Of a DNA stretch of 64,000 nt, positions 46,849 to 54,519 are shown in pieces. The stretch's first letter is position 1, and every line of letters begins with the position of its first letter. The stretch is taken from NCBI GenBank assembly GCA_045538195.1, contig JAZSRA010000107.1, forward strand, positions 5,904 to 69,903. The letters run 5' to 3'. The position numbers and the translations under genes were made by a program. This stretch comes from Eubacteriales bacterium (GTDB lineage Bacteria; Bacillota; Clostridia; Oscillospirales; CAG-272). The notes under the pieces were generated by a model, which was given only the letters and a program-made list of their open reading frames with translations, did no database searches and had not been told where the DNA came from.

Positions 46849-48054
46849 ATGAAAAAAATATTAGCGTTAATACTCGTTGCTCTCTTTGCTTTAACAACGT
46901 TAAGCCTCGCGGCTTGCGGAAGCATTAACAAATCCGAGGTTTCTATCCTCTGGAGCGGTAAGGACACCATAGAAGCTCCCGACAGCCTCATCAACTGCAT
47001 TGATCGAGCAATGTATATTGAAAACATCAGCTACAAGAACTATGGCGCAAATGGCGACGCTGATGCACAGTATGAGCAGGCTAAGACCGCTGTTGAAGGC
47101 GGTTGCGCCGTGCTTATCGTAGAACCCGTAAAAGCTCTTGAAACATACAAGTATATTGAGCTTGCAAAAGATAAGAATATCCCTATAATCCTTATCGGTG
47201 ATGCGGGTATCAGCCTTGCAGTTGACGCTTATAATAAGATTTACGGCGAATATGACAACTGCGTTATCATAAGAACCAACAGCGAGAGTCTCCCCACGGT
47301 ACAGGGAAAGCTTATTGCCGACTACGTTAAGGCTAATTTTAACAAGCTTGACCGCAACGGCGACGGCAAGATCAGCTACGTTAATTATACAAGCAGTCTT
47401 TATAGCAGTGCGGATGAAGCAAACAAGCTTCTTACCGAGAGTGAGGACTACGAGATCGAGATCGGTAGCGGCTGTAGAAAGGAAAAAGTCAGAACCGAGC
47501 TTGTTTTCTACGATGACAAGAACGCGGCAAAGCTCCTTCCCTCGGTCGGAGCCGGTATTGCACAGTTGGCTATTATGGAAAAGTACAACGACGAAGCTAA
47601 CAACACCGTTGAGCTTATCATTACCGACAACGACGCTACTGCGCTGGAGATTCTCGTAGCTCTTCAAAGCAAGGGATTCAACACCGACAAGTTGACCACT
47701 CACAACATCCCCGTGTTCACCGTTGGATTTGAGACCGACTACAAGGCATACGTTCTCTCGGGCGCTCCCGCAGATGAGGATGCCAAGAAAGAGCATCTTG
47801 AAAACAACAAATACCTCTGCGATCTCACCGTCGTCGAGGAAGAGGATGTTGAGATAATGATCTGGAACACCAAGAACGTTATCGCTACGGGCAGACTTGC
47901 CGGAACCGTTATAGAGGATCAGGACACGATCGCAGAGACAATCGCATCGGTCGTTCGCAATTTCGTTAACGACAAGGCAGCGTTTGACGGTCTCAACGCT
48001 GAATACGTCAGCGAAAGCGGCAAGGAATATCTTGTTCCCTATATCAGCAATTAA
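46849..48054 (+). CDS. MglB-like (type I periplasmic-binding-fold) sugar-binding lipoprotein, orphan
   Basis: Lipobox LSLAAC. Collinear motifs with E. coli galactose-binding protein, including the Ca-loop DRNGDGKISYV (MglB DLNKDGQIQFV), ITDNDATALEILVAL and GRLAGTVIED. AAGGAGG RBS lies 20 nt after the GPH stop. Confidence 0.7.
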   Translation: MKKILALILVALFALTTLSLAACGSINKSEVSILWSGKDTIEAPDSLINCIDRAMYIENISYKNYGANGDADAQYEQAKTAVEGGCAVLIVEPVKALETYKYIELAKDKNIPIILIGDAGISLAVDAYNKIYGEYDNCVIIRTNSESLPTVQGKLIADYVKANFNKLDRNGDGKISYVNYTSSLYSSADEANKLLTESEDYEIEIGSGCRKEKVRTELVFYDDKNAAKLLPSVGAGIAQLAIMEKYNDEANNTVELIITDNDATALEILVALQSKGFNTDKLTTHNIPVFTVGFETDYKAYVLSGAPADEDAKKEHLENNKYLCDLTVVEEEDVEIMIWNTKNVIATGRLAGTVIEDQDTIAETIASVVRNFVNDKAAFDGLNAEYVSESGKEYLVPYISN

Positions 48055-48168
48055 TATCTTCAAGGTCTCACTTTGCCACGGTAGGTCGAGGCAGGTGAGA
48101 CCCTGTTTAAATTAGCTTAATATTAGTTTTATACAATATATCCGTAAACTTTTAATTAGGAGATAATA

Positions 48169-50451
48169 ATGAGACAAATAATCAAACTCAACGAAAATTG
48201 GCTCTTCAAGAAGGACACCACAGATATTACAGCACGCGACGGAGCGAGCGTTAATCTTCCCCACACTTGGAACGCGGAGGACGGACACGACGGCGGTAAC
48301 GACTATTTCCGCGGTTCTTGCCTTTACGTCAAGACCTTAAAGAAGGCTGACCTCCCTGCCGCTGACCGCTACTATCTTGAAATTCTCGGTGCAAACTCCT
48401 CCGCTGACGTTTACGTAGGCGGCGAAAAGCTTGCTCACCACGACGGCGGTTACTCCACTTGGAGAGTTGACCTCACCGAGAAGCTCTCGGACGAGACCGA
48501 CATCGCTATCGTAGTTGACAACTCCCCCAATGAGATCGTCTATCCCCAGATGGCAGACTTCACCTTCTACGGCGGTCTTTACAGAGACGTAAACCTCGTT
48601 TGCGTCAACAACACTCACTTTGATCTTGACTACTTTGGCGGTACGGGTCTTGTTATCACCCCCGCAGTTGAAGGCAAAGACGCAAAGGTTACCGTCGAGG
48701 TCTACACCACCGACCTAAAGGAAGGTCAGAAGCTGGTCTACACCATTTACGATAAGGAAGAAAACGAGCTTCAAAAGATAGAGACCACCGACAAAAAGGT
48801 AGTATTTGAGATCGCAGACGTTCACCTTTGGCACGGACGCAAGGATCCCTACCTATATTGCTGTGAGGTCGAGATCGTAGAGGGTGACACCGTTCTTGAT
48901 AACGTATGCCACCGCTTCGGTTGCCGCACCTTCAAGATCGATCCCAACAACGGATTTATCCTAAACGGTGAAGAATATCCCCTCCGCGGCGTTTCCCGTC
49001 ATCAGGACAGACTTGGCATCGGTAACGCCCTCCTTCCCGAGCATCATGAAGAGGATATCGGATATATTATGGAGATGGGAGCAACCACTATCCGTCTCGC
49101 TCACTATCAGCACGATCAGTATTTCTACGATCTTTGTGACGAAAAGGGTCTGGTCATCTGGGCAGAAATTCCCTATATTTCCAAGCACATGCCCACAGGT
49201 CGTGAGAACACTATCTCGCAGATGAAGGAGCTTATCACACAGAACTACAATCACGCATCTATCGTGGTTTGGGGACTTTCCAACGAGATCTCTATCGGTG
49301 GTTCTGACGAGGATCTGCTTGAAAACCACAGAATACTCAACGATCTTGTTCACGAGATGGATAAGACCAGACTTACCACCATCGCGGCAGTTTCTATGTG
49401 CAAAATGGACGACCCCTACCTCCTTATTCCCGACGTAGTTTCCTACAACCACTACTTCGGCTGGTACGGCGGGGACACAAGCATGAACGGTCCCTGGTTC
49501 GACAAGTTCCACGAAATGCACCCCTCAATCCCGATCGGAATTTCCGAGTACGGCTGCGAGGCTCTCAACTGGCACACCAGCGACCCCAAGCAGGGCGACT
49601 ACACCGAGGAATATCAGGCTTACTATCACGAGGAGCTTATCAAGCAGCTCTTTACCCGTAAATATATCTGGGCTACCCACGTATGGAATATGTTCGACTT
49701 CGGCGCTGATGCAAGAGCCGAGGGCGGCGAGAATGGTCAGAACCACAAGGGTCTTATGACTATGGACCGTAAGTACAAGAAGGACTCCTTCTACGCTTAC
49801 AAGGCATGGCTTGTCTCTCCCGAGGACGATCCCTTCGTTCACCTCTGCGGAAAGAGATACGTTGACAGAGTTGAGGACGTTACAAAGGTAACCGTTTACT
49901 CTAACCTCCCCGAGGTCGAGTTGTTCGTCAACGGTGAAAGCATCGGCAAGAAGACTGCCGAGGATCACTTCTTCTACTTCGACGTTAAGAACGTTGGCGA
50001 GTCCACTATCACCGCCAAGGCAGGTGAGCTTTCCGACGAGGGCAAGATCCGCAAGGTAGAAGAACCCAATATGGATTACGTTCTCCGCGAGGTCGGCGCA
50101 GTCCTCAACTGGTTCGACATCGACGCCCCCGAGGGCAGATACTCTCTCAATGACAAGATCTCCGACATCATGGAGAGCAAGAGAGGTAAGCTCTGGTTCA
50201 TCGGCATGGGCCTCAAGATCAAGAAGAAGATGGATAAGAACAAGAAGGCTGAAAAGGGCGGCGAAAAGAAATCCGGTGGATTTGACGTCGATCTTAAAGC
50301 CGACGGCGGTCTTATGCAGATGATGGGCGGATTTACCGTTCTTCGTCTCACAAGCATGATGGGTATGATGAATATCAGCTTCACCAAGGAAGAGCTTCTC
50401 AAGATGAACAAGAAGCTTAACCGCATCAAGAAACCTAAGCACGTAAAGTAA
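48169..50451 (+). CDS. Glycoside hydrolase family 2 (beta-galactosidase/beta-glucuronidase-like)
   Basis: 760 aa. NLPHTWN sugar-binding domain, TIM-barrel motifs IRLAHYQ, WGLSNE, ISEYG. Confidence 0.85.
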   Translation: MRQIIKLNENWLFKKDTTDITARDGASVNLPHTWNAEDGHDGGNDYFRGSCLYVKTLKKADLPAADRYYLEILGANSSADVYVGGEKLAHHDGGYSTWRVDLTEKLSDETDIAIVVDNSPNEIVYPQMADFTFYGGLYRDVNLVCVNNTHFDLDYFGGTGLVITPAVEGKDAKVTVEVYTTDLKEGQKLVYTIYDKEENELQKIETTDKKVVFEIADVHLWHGRKDPYLYCCEVEIVEGDTVLDNVCHRFGCRTFKIDPNNGFILNGEEYPLRGVSRHQDRLGIGNALLPEHHEEDIGYIMEMGATTIRLAHYQHDQYFYDLCDEKGLVIWAEIPYISKHMPTGRENTISQMKELITQNYNHASIVVWGLSNEISIGGSDEDLLENHRILNDLVHEMDKTRLTTIAAVSMCKMDDPYLLIPDVVSYNHYFGWYGGDTSMNGPWFDKFHEMHPSIPIGISEYGCEALNWHTSDPKQGDYTEEYQAYYHEELIKQLFTRKYIWATHVWNMFDFGADARAEGGENGQNHKGLMTMDRKYKKDSFYAYKAWLVSPEDDPFVHLCGKRYVDRVEDVTKVTVYSNLPEVELFVNGESIGKKTAEDHFFYFDVKNVGESTITAKAGELSDEGKIRKVEEPNMDYVLREVGAVLNWFDIDAPEGRYSLNDKISDIMESKRGKLWFIGMGLKIKKKMDKNKKAEKGGEKKSGGFDVDLKADGGLMQMMGGFTVLRLTSMMGMMNISFTKEELLKMNKKLNRIKKPKHVK

Positions 50452-50461
50452 TTTCAAAAGT

Positions 50462-50497
50462 AAGGGCAGGCGATATCGCCTGCCCTTGTATTTTTTT
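50462..50497 (+). terminator. Intrinsic terminator after the GH2 gene
   Basis: AAGGGCAGGCGAT/ATCGCCTGCCCTT perfect hairpin followed by GTATTTTTTT. Confidence 0.8.
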
Positions 50498-50597
50498 CTA
50501 TCTCAAAAAACTTAAATATCTATTGACAAAAGTACAAAATAATTATATAATTATATGTGTCAAAATTCGACCGAAAAGGTCAAAGAAAGGTAAAACT

Positions 50598-51242
50598 ATG
50601 AAGAAATTTTTTGAAGAATTTAAGAAATTTATCACCCGCGGCAACGTGGTTGATATGGCAGTCGGTGTTATCGTCGGCGGCGCGTTTACTGCAATCGTAA
50701 ACGGACTCAGCAACAACATACTCAAGCCCCTCATCAATATGTTCCTGTTCAAGTTGCTTGGAGAAGGCTCTCTTGAAAACATTTATACCGTTCTTCACCC
50801 GGTTTATATGGTTGATGCGACCACCGGAGAGTTCGTATTTGACCCCGAAACAGGCGCAAGAATGTTGGATCTTGCTAAGTCTATCTACATCGACTGGGGC
50901 TCCTTCATTAACGCCGTTATCAACTTCTTCATTATCGCATTCGTTCTCTTCGTTATCGTTAAGATAATCAATAAATTCAGAGAAAACCACGAAGAAATGC
51001 TTGATAAAATTAACAGCAAAAAGCTTTCGAAGGACCAGCGCAAGGAGCTGAGGGAGGCAGGAATCAAGATTACCAACAAAGCGGCAGTTGAAGCATATTT
51101 CGCAGAAAAGAAGCGCATCGCCGACGAAAAGGCTGCTGAGGAAGCGGCAGCGGCGGCTGAAGCAGCAAGACTTGAACGTGAGGCTAATCCCACCACCGAG
51201 GACCTGCTTAAACTGATACTTGCAGAGCTTAAGAATAAATAA
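50598..51242 (+). CDS. mscL: Large-conductance mechanosensitive channel MscL with extended loop and ~70-aa charged C-terminal tail
   Basis: MKKFFEEFKKFITRGNVVDMAVGVIVGGAF... canonical MscL N-terminus. ATG 50598 preferred over the track start 50523. Confidence 0.85.
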   Translation: MKKFFEEFKKFITRGNVVDMAVGVIVGGAFTAIVNGLSNNILKPLINMFLFKLLGEGSLENIYTVLHPVYMVDATTGEFVFDPETGARMLDLAKSIYIDWGSFINAVINFFIIAFVLFVIVKIINKFRENHEEMLDKINSKKLSKDQRKELREAGIKITNKAAVEAYFAEKKRIADEKAAEEAAAAAEAARLEREANPTTEDLLKLILAELKNK

Positions 51243-51256
51243 AAAAACACGAAAAT

Positions 51257-51281
51257 GGGCGGTCAAGCACCGCCCGTTTTT
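51257..51281 (+). terminator. Intrinsic terminator after mscL
   Basis: GGGCGGT-CAAGC-ACCGCCC followed by GTTTTT. Confidence 0.7.
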
Positions 51282-51294
51282 ACACTTTAAAAAC

Positions 51295-51329
51295 AAAAAG
51301 CCACTTGCAAAAAAGCAAGTGGTTTTTTG
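51295..51329. terminator. Bidirectional terminator (serves the small membrane protein gene on the minus strand)
   Basis: AAAAAGCCACTTGC-AAAAAA-GCAAGTGGTTTTTT. Confidence 0.7.
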
Positions 51330-51342
51330 TATGTAACGTAAA

Positions 51343-51609
51343 TTACTCAGCGTCTGCCTTGGGCTTTCCGGAAGGAATACCAGAAAGAAGAGTAGCCTTA
51401 TCAGCTGCTTCGTATGCCTCATCAGACATGCAAAGGATCTTGATACCCTGAATGATACCCATGATAGCATTGATCAATGCAATGATACCGCAAGTAATAA
51501 CTCCAAAAACGATTCTGAGAATACCAGCCTTAACATTACCTGTGATAAAGCAAGGAACACCAATCTGGTTAAACAAAATGGTAAGAATACCAAATACGAT
51601 CTTGTTCAT
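51343..51609 (-). CDS. Small 2-TM membrane protein (TM2/NINE-like topology)
   Basis: 88 aa. AAGGAGG RBS. Glycine-rich TM pair. Confidence 0.55.
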   Translation of the reverse strand: MNKIVFGILTILFNQIGVPCFITGNVKAGILRIVFGVITCGIIALINAIMGIIQGIKILCMSDEAYEAADKATLLSGIPSGKPKADAE

Positions 51610-51641
51610 AGCAAAAAACCTCCTTCTTTAAAGATACTATG

Positions 51642-51670
51642 ATTATAGCACGGTTTTGACAGTTTGTCAA
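51642..51670 (-). promoter_or_regulatory. Consensus SigA promoter whose -35 is half of a perfect palindrome TTGACA-N3-TGTCAA
   Basis: Minus strand TTGACA (51670-51665), 17 nt, TATAAT (51647-51642). Palindrome spans 51656-51670. Confidence 0.6.
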
Positions 51671-51891
51671 GAGTTTCGCCGTACTTTTTAAAAACAGTTG
51701 ACTTTAATCAACATTTTTTCTTCATATCACGTGTTTCAAACAGTCCTTGTGATCATGCAATATTTATATATGAAATCAAATCCGATTTTATAACTATATA
51801 AACACTCATCCGTTTACCTTCTTTTCGATATAATCGATAACGAATGTCTCCATTTTTTCTAGCGTCATCAAAAAACTGTTTTTCTGTTCGC

Positions 51892-52485
51892 TCATGCAGA
51901 TGGTTCTTGCGTTGTCTCGCCTTCATCCTTTACTTCAGGCATAGGATATGTACTCCCATACTCTATATCAGCATTGAGAACCACGCCCCAACGAGGCTCA
52001 AGAATAACTTTCGTTGTTTTCGTCACTGTAATCTTAAACTTGAACGGGTCTGTTCTCGCTTCGCTCTTATCAACATTGGCGGTATTGTCTCCAATGATTG
52101 CAGCGGTATGTTGTTCTGCACCGTCTCCTATCGTTACAACACAGTGTCCCTTAACTGTGGATTCCGTTGTCAACGTCAAAGTAATCTCATATGTTCCCGG
52201 ATAAAGAGTACAAATGTATCTTCCCGCCTTAGCAGAATCTTCAGCTAATTCAACATTGCTCGCAGTCGCAACGCCATCATCGACCTTCGATACAGCTATC
52301 GTCACGTCAAAGGATCCCGATGTAAGCGTATTCCTGCTACTCGTTGTTTCAGCGGTAAACCAAGCGTAAGTCATGGAGCAGAGCGCGACAAGGCATAGCA
52401 AAATACTGACCACCGATATGATCAGACTTTGCGAAAACGCCTTTTCTGTTATTTTTTCGTCTTTGCAATCAAAAAAGTTTTTCAA
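51892..52485 (-). CDS. TasA/camelysin-like protein with SipW-cognate signal peptide (small subunit 3)
   Basis: TTG start 52485 after AGAGGAGGA. ...ILLCLVALCSMTYAWFTAETTSSRNTLTSGSFDV... matches the TasA-type signal/cleavage motif. Confidence 0.7.
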   Translation of the reverse strand: MKNFFDCKDEKITEKAFSQSLIISVVSILLCLVALCSMTYAWFTAETTSSRNTLTSGSFDVTIAVSKVDDGVATASNVELAEDSAKAGRYICTLYPGTYEITLTLTTESTVKGHCVVTIGDGAEQHTAAIIGDNTANVDKSEARTDPFKFKITVTKTTKVILEPRWGVVLNADIEYGSTYPMPEVKDEGETTQEPSA

Positions 52486-52528
52486 GAGTTTTCCTCCTCT
52501 CGGATATCTATATGAGTTAATATTTTCA

Positions 52529-52597
52529 GCAATCAAAAGACACAAGCAGGATTCTCTTATGTCCTTTGATTGCCGCCCAACCCCCGAAGGGGTTGGG
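52529..52597 (-). ncRNA. Intercistronic dual-hairpin RNA module, copy 1 (C(UUCG)G-capped GC stem + AU-rich stem)
   Basis: RNA sense: CCCAACCCC-UUCG-GGGGUUGGG (52597-52576), then GCAAUCAAAGGACA-17 nt-UGUCUUUUGAUUGC (52573-52529). Confidence 0.55.
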
Positions 52598-52607
52598 GAC
52601 TTTAGGT

Positions 52608-54380
52608 TTATTTATTGTTGTAAACAACGGTTACTCCGTCGTGAGTAGGACATCCGTAAACACCCTGCCCACCGCCAAAGAGTTGATCGAATATAAGCAG
52701 AATGTTATGGTCTTCACCATCATTATGAACGTGGTTGTCGTCTACTGCCTTGTTGCCATTCGCATCCGTGGCTACGCCGTAACGTGGATTGGAGTAGGGG
52801 GCACTTTGACCGCAGGCATTACCTGCCTGTACTCTTACGTAAGGCCAGTTCGTGCCTGCAAATTCACAGTAGGTGTAATTCGCCCAATCTCCGTAGGTGA
52901 CGGTACAATTCGTTGCCGTCAAATAGGATGCTGTTGCACTGGTTCTACCATCTGCCGTCACTGTTTCCTCGGAATTACCGATTAACATGCCTGCTCTGCG
53001 GTATGCATACCATTGATAAGAGGACGTAACGTCGTTGTATGTATTGAGCTCACAAGCAACGTCGCAATCTTCAAATGTCAGTGTTGCATCTCCCCACTTA
53101 CCGCCTACGATACCGCCAAGTGAGCAGTCGAAATCACCCCACAGGCTGGAAACTACGACGTCAGAGGCTACGTCAACATTCTTAAAGGTCTGCGTGCCGT
53201 TTACTTCACCGACTACACCGCCGGTATAACGCTGATAGTTGGCAATGGTGCTATTGGAAACGGAAATGTTTTCATATGTGCAGTTGCCGTAGGAATATCC
53301 AACAAGAACACCCATATCAATGCACTCCATGACGATTTCAGCACCGTCAATCGCTACGTTTTTAATAGTTGCATCCACAACAGAAGCGAACAATCCACCA
53401 CCTTCGGTGCTATAATCTAATCCAAGAGCCCAACCATTCTGATAAAGATTGAAAATGGTGTGCCCCTGACCATCAAAGGTTCCCTTAAATACGACATCAT
53501 AGCCGTAACCAATGGGGTCAAAGCTTTTAGGTTCAGTAGCTCCATCAGGGATGTAGCAAAGATCCATATCAGCATCAAGCTTTATGGTTTTACCCGCAAA
53601 ATTATTGCCACCATCTACCAATTCAGCAAGACCTGCAAGTGCTTCTGCAGTGGAAAGAGTAAATTCGGTATCGGTATCATTGTACCAAGAAGTATCTGCC
53701 GTTCCGTCCCAAACGTCGACCTTATTCAACACGGGATATTCAGCATTCGCATCATAATCTTTACCGAAAGCATCTTCTTCAACAGCAGCCTGAGTTGCAA
53801 CCAAGGTTACGCCAAGTTTTGCATAAAGCTTTTCGCCGGCGACGTTATAATCGTTGTCGTTAGCGGAAGGTGCCCAATATATTGCAACGTAGAACTCGTC
53901 AACACCAGTCTTTGCTTCAAGAACACAATCGCTCTCCAAAGCAAAGGTCTCAAGATCCCGAGTTGCAGCAGTCGCGATATTATCGCGGGTGGGCTGAACG
54001 TTCAGAACCGCTACCTTAAGTACGTCAGCAAAGCTCTTACCCTCAACAACGCTAATACTAGAAACATTTATGGTAAGAGTGTACTTGAGATCAAGGCTAC
54101 CGAGATTCTTAACAGTGAACTTTTCCCAAACCATTGCTCCGGGTTCCCAAAGGGTTACGTCGTCGAACAGCGTGGTAGTGTCGCTAACAGGCTCATCAGT
54201 GTCAGTACCATTGGCGTGATACAGTTCCACATCCAAATTACCAGCGACAATTTTGTTCGATGCGCTGGTAACGCTATCAGTGAACCAAGCGAACGTCGTC
54301 CCGAGCAGCATAGCGAAGCAAAGGAACAGAGCAATCACGCTGGAAATCAAAGCAGACTTCGTGCTTCTCGTCTTTGTCAT
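52608..54380 (-). CDS. TasA-like N-domain fused to GLUG-type beta-helix domain (590 aa), SipW-cognate signal peptide
   Basis: MTKTRSTKSALISSVIALFLCFAMLLGTTFAWFTDSVTSASNKIVAGNLDV. Then FKGTFDGQGHTIFNL and repeated GG(L/V/I)(F/V)(A/G) beta-helix rungs. Confidence 0.75.
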   Translation of the reverse strand: MTKTRSTKSALISSVIALFLCFAMLLGTTFAWFTDSVTSASNKIVAGNLDVELYHANGTDTDEPVSDTTTLFDDVTLWEPGAMVWEKFTVKNLGSLDLKYTLTINVSSISVVEGKSFADVLKVAVLNVQPTRDNIATAATRDLETFALESDCVLEAKTGVDEFYVAIYWAPSANDNDYNVAGEKLYAKLGVTLVATQAAVEEDAFGKDYDANAEYPVLNKVDVWDGTADTSWYNDTDTEFTLSTAEALAGLAELVDGGNNFAGKTIKLDADMDLCYIPDGATEPKSFDPIGYGYDVVFKGTFDGQGHTIFNLYQNGWALGLDYSTEGGGLFASVVDATIKNVAIDGAEIVMECIDMGVLVGYSYGNCTYENISVSNSTIANYQRYTGGVVGEVNGTQTFKNVDVASDVVVSSLWGDFDCSLGGIVGGKWGDATLTFEDCDVACELNTYNDVTSSYQWYAYRRAGMLIGNSEETVTADGRTSATASYLTATNCTVTYGDWANYTYCEFAGTNWPYVRVQAGNACGQSAPYSNPRYGVATDANGNKAVDDNHVHNDGEDHNILLIFDQLFGGGQGVYGCPTHDGVTVVYNNK

Positions 54381-54419
54381 TTTCTAATGACCTCCTTTTT
54401 TAATTTTTGTCGATTTATT

Positions 54420-54485
54420 CGGCAATTAAAAAGCACAAACGGATTTATGCTCTTTAATTGCCGCCCAAGCCCCGAAGGGCTTGGG
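54420..54485 (-). ncRNA. Intercistronic dual-hairpin RNA module, copy 2
   Basis: CCCAAGCCC-UUCG-GGGCUUGGG (54485-54464), then CGGCAAUUAAAGAGCA-11 nt-UGCUUUUUAAUUGCCG (54463-54420). Differences from copy 1 are compensatory in both stems. Confidence 0.55.
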
Positions 54486-54519
54486 GGTAAATTCCTATTG
54501 AAATATAAATCGATTTAGC

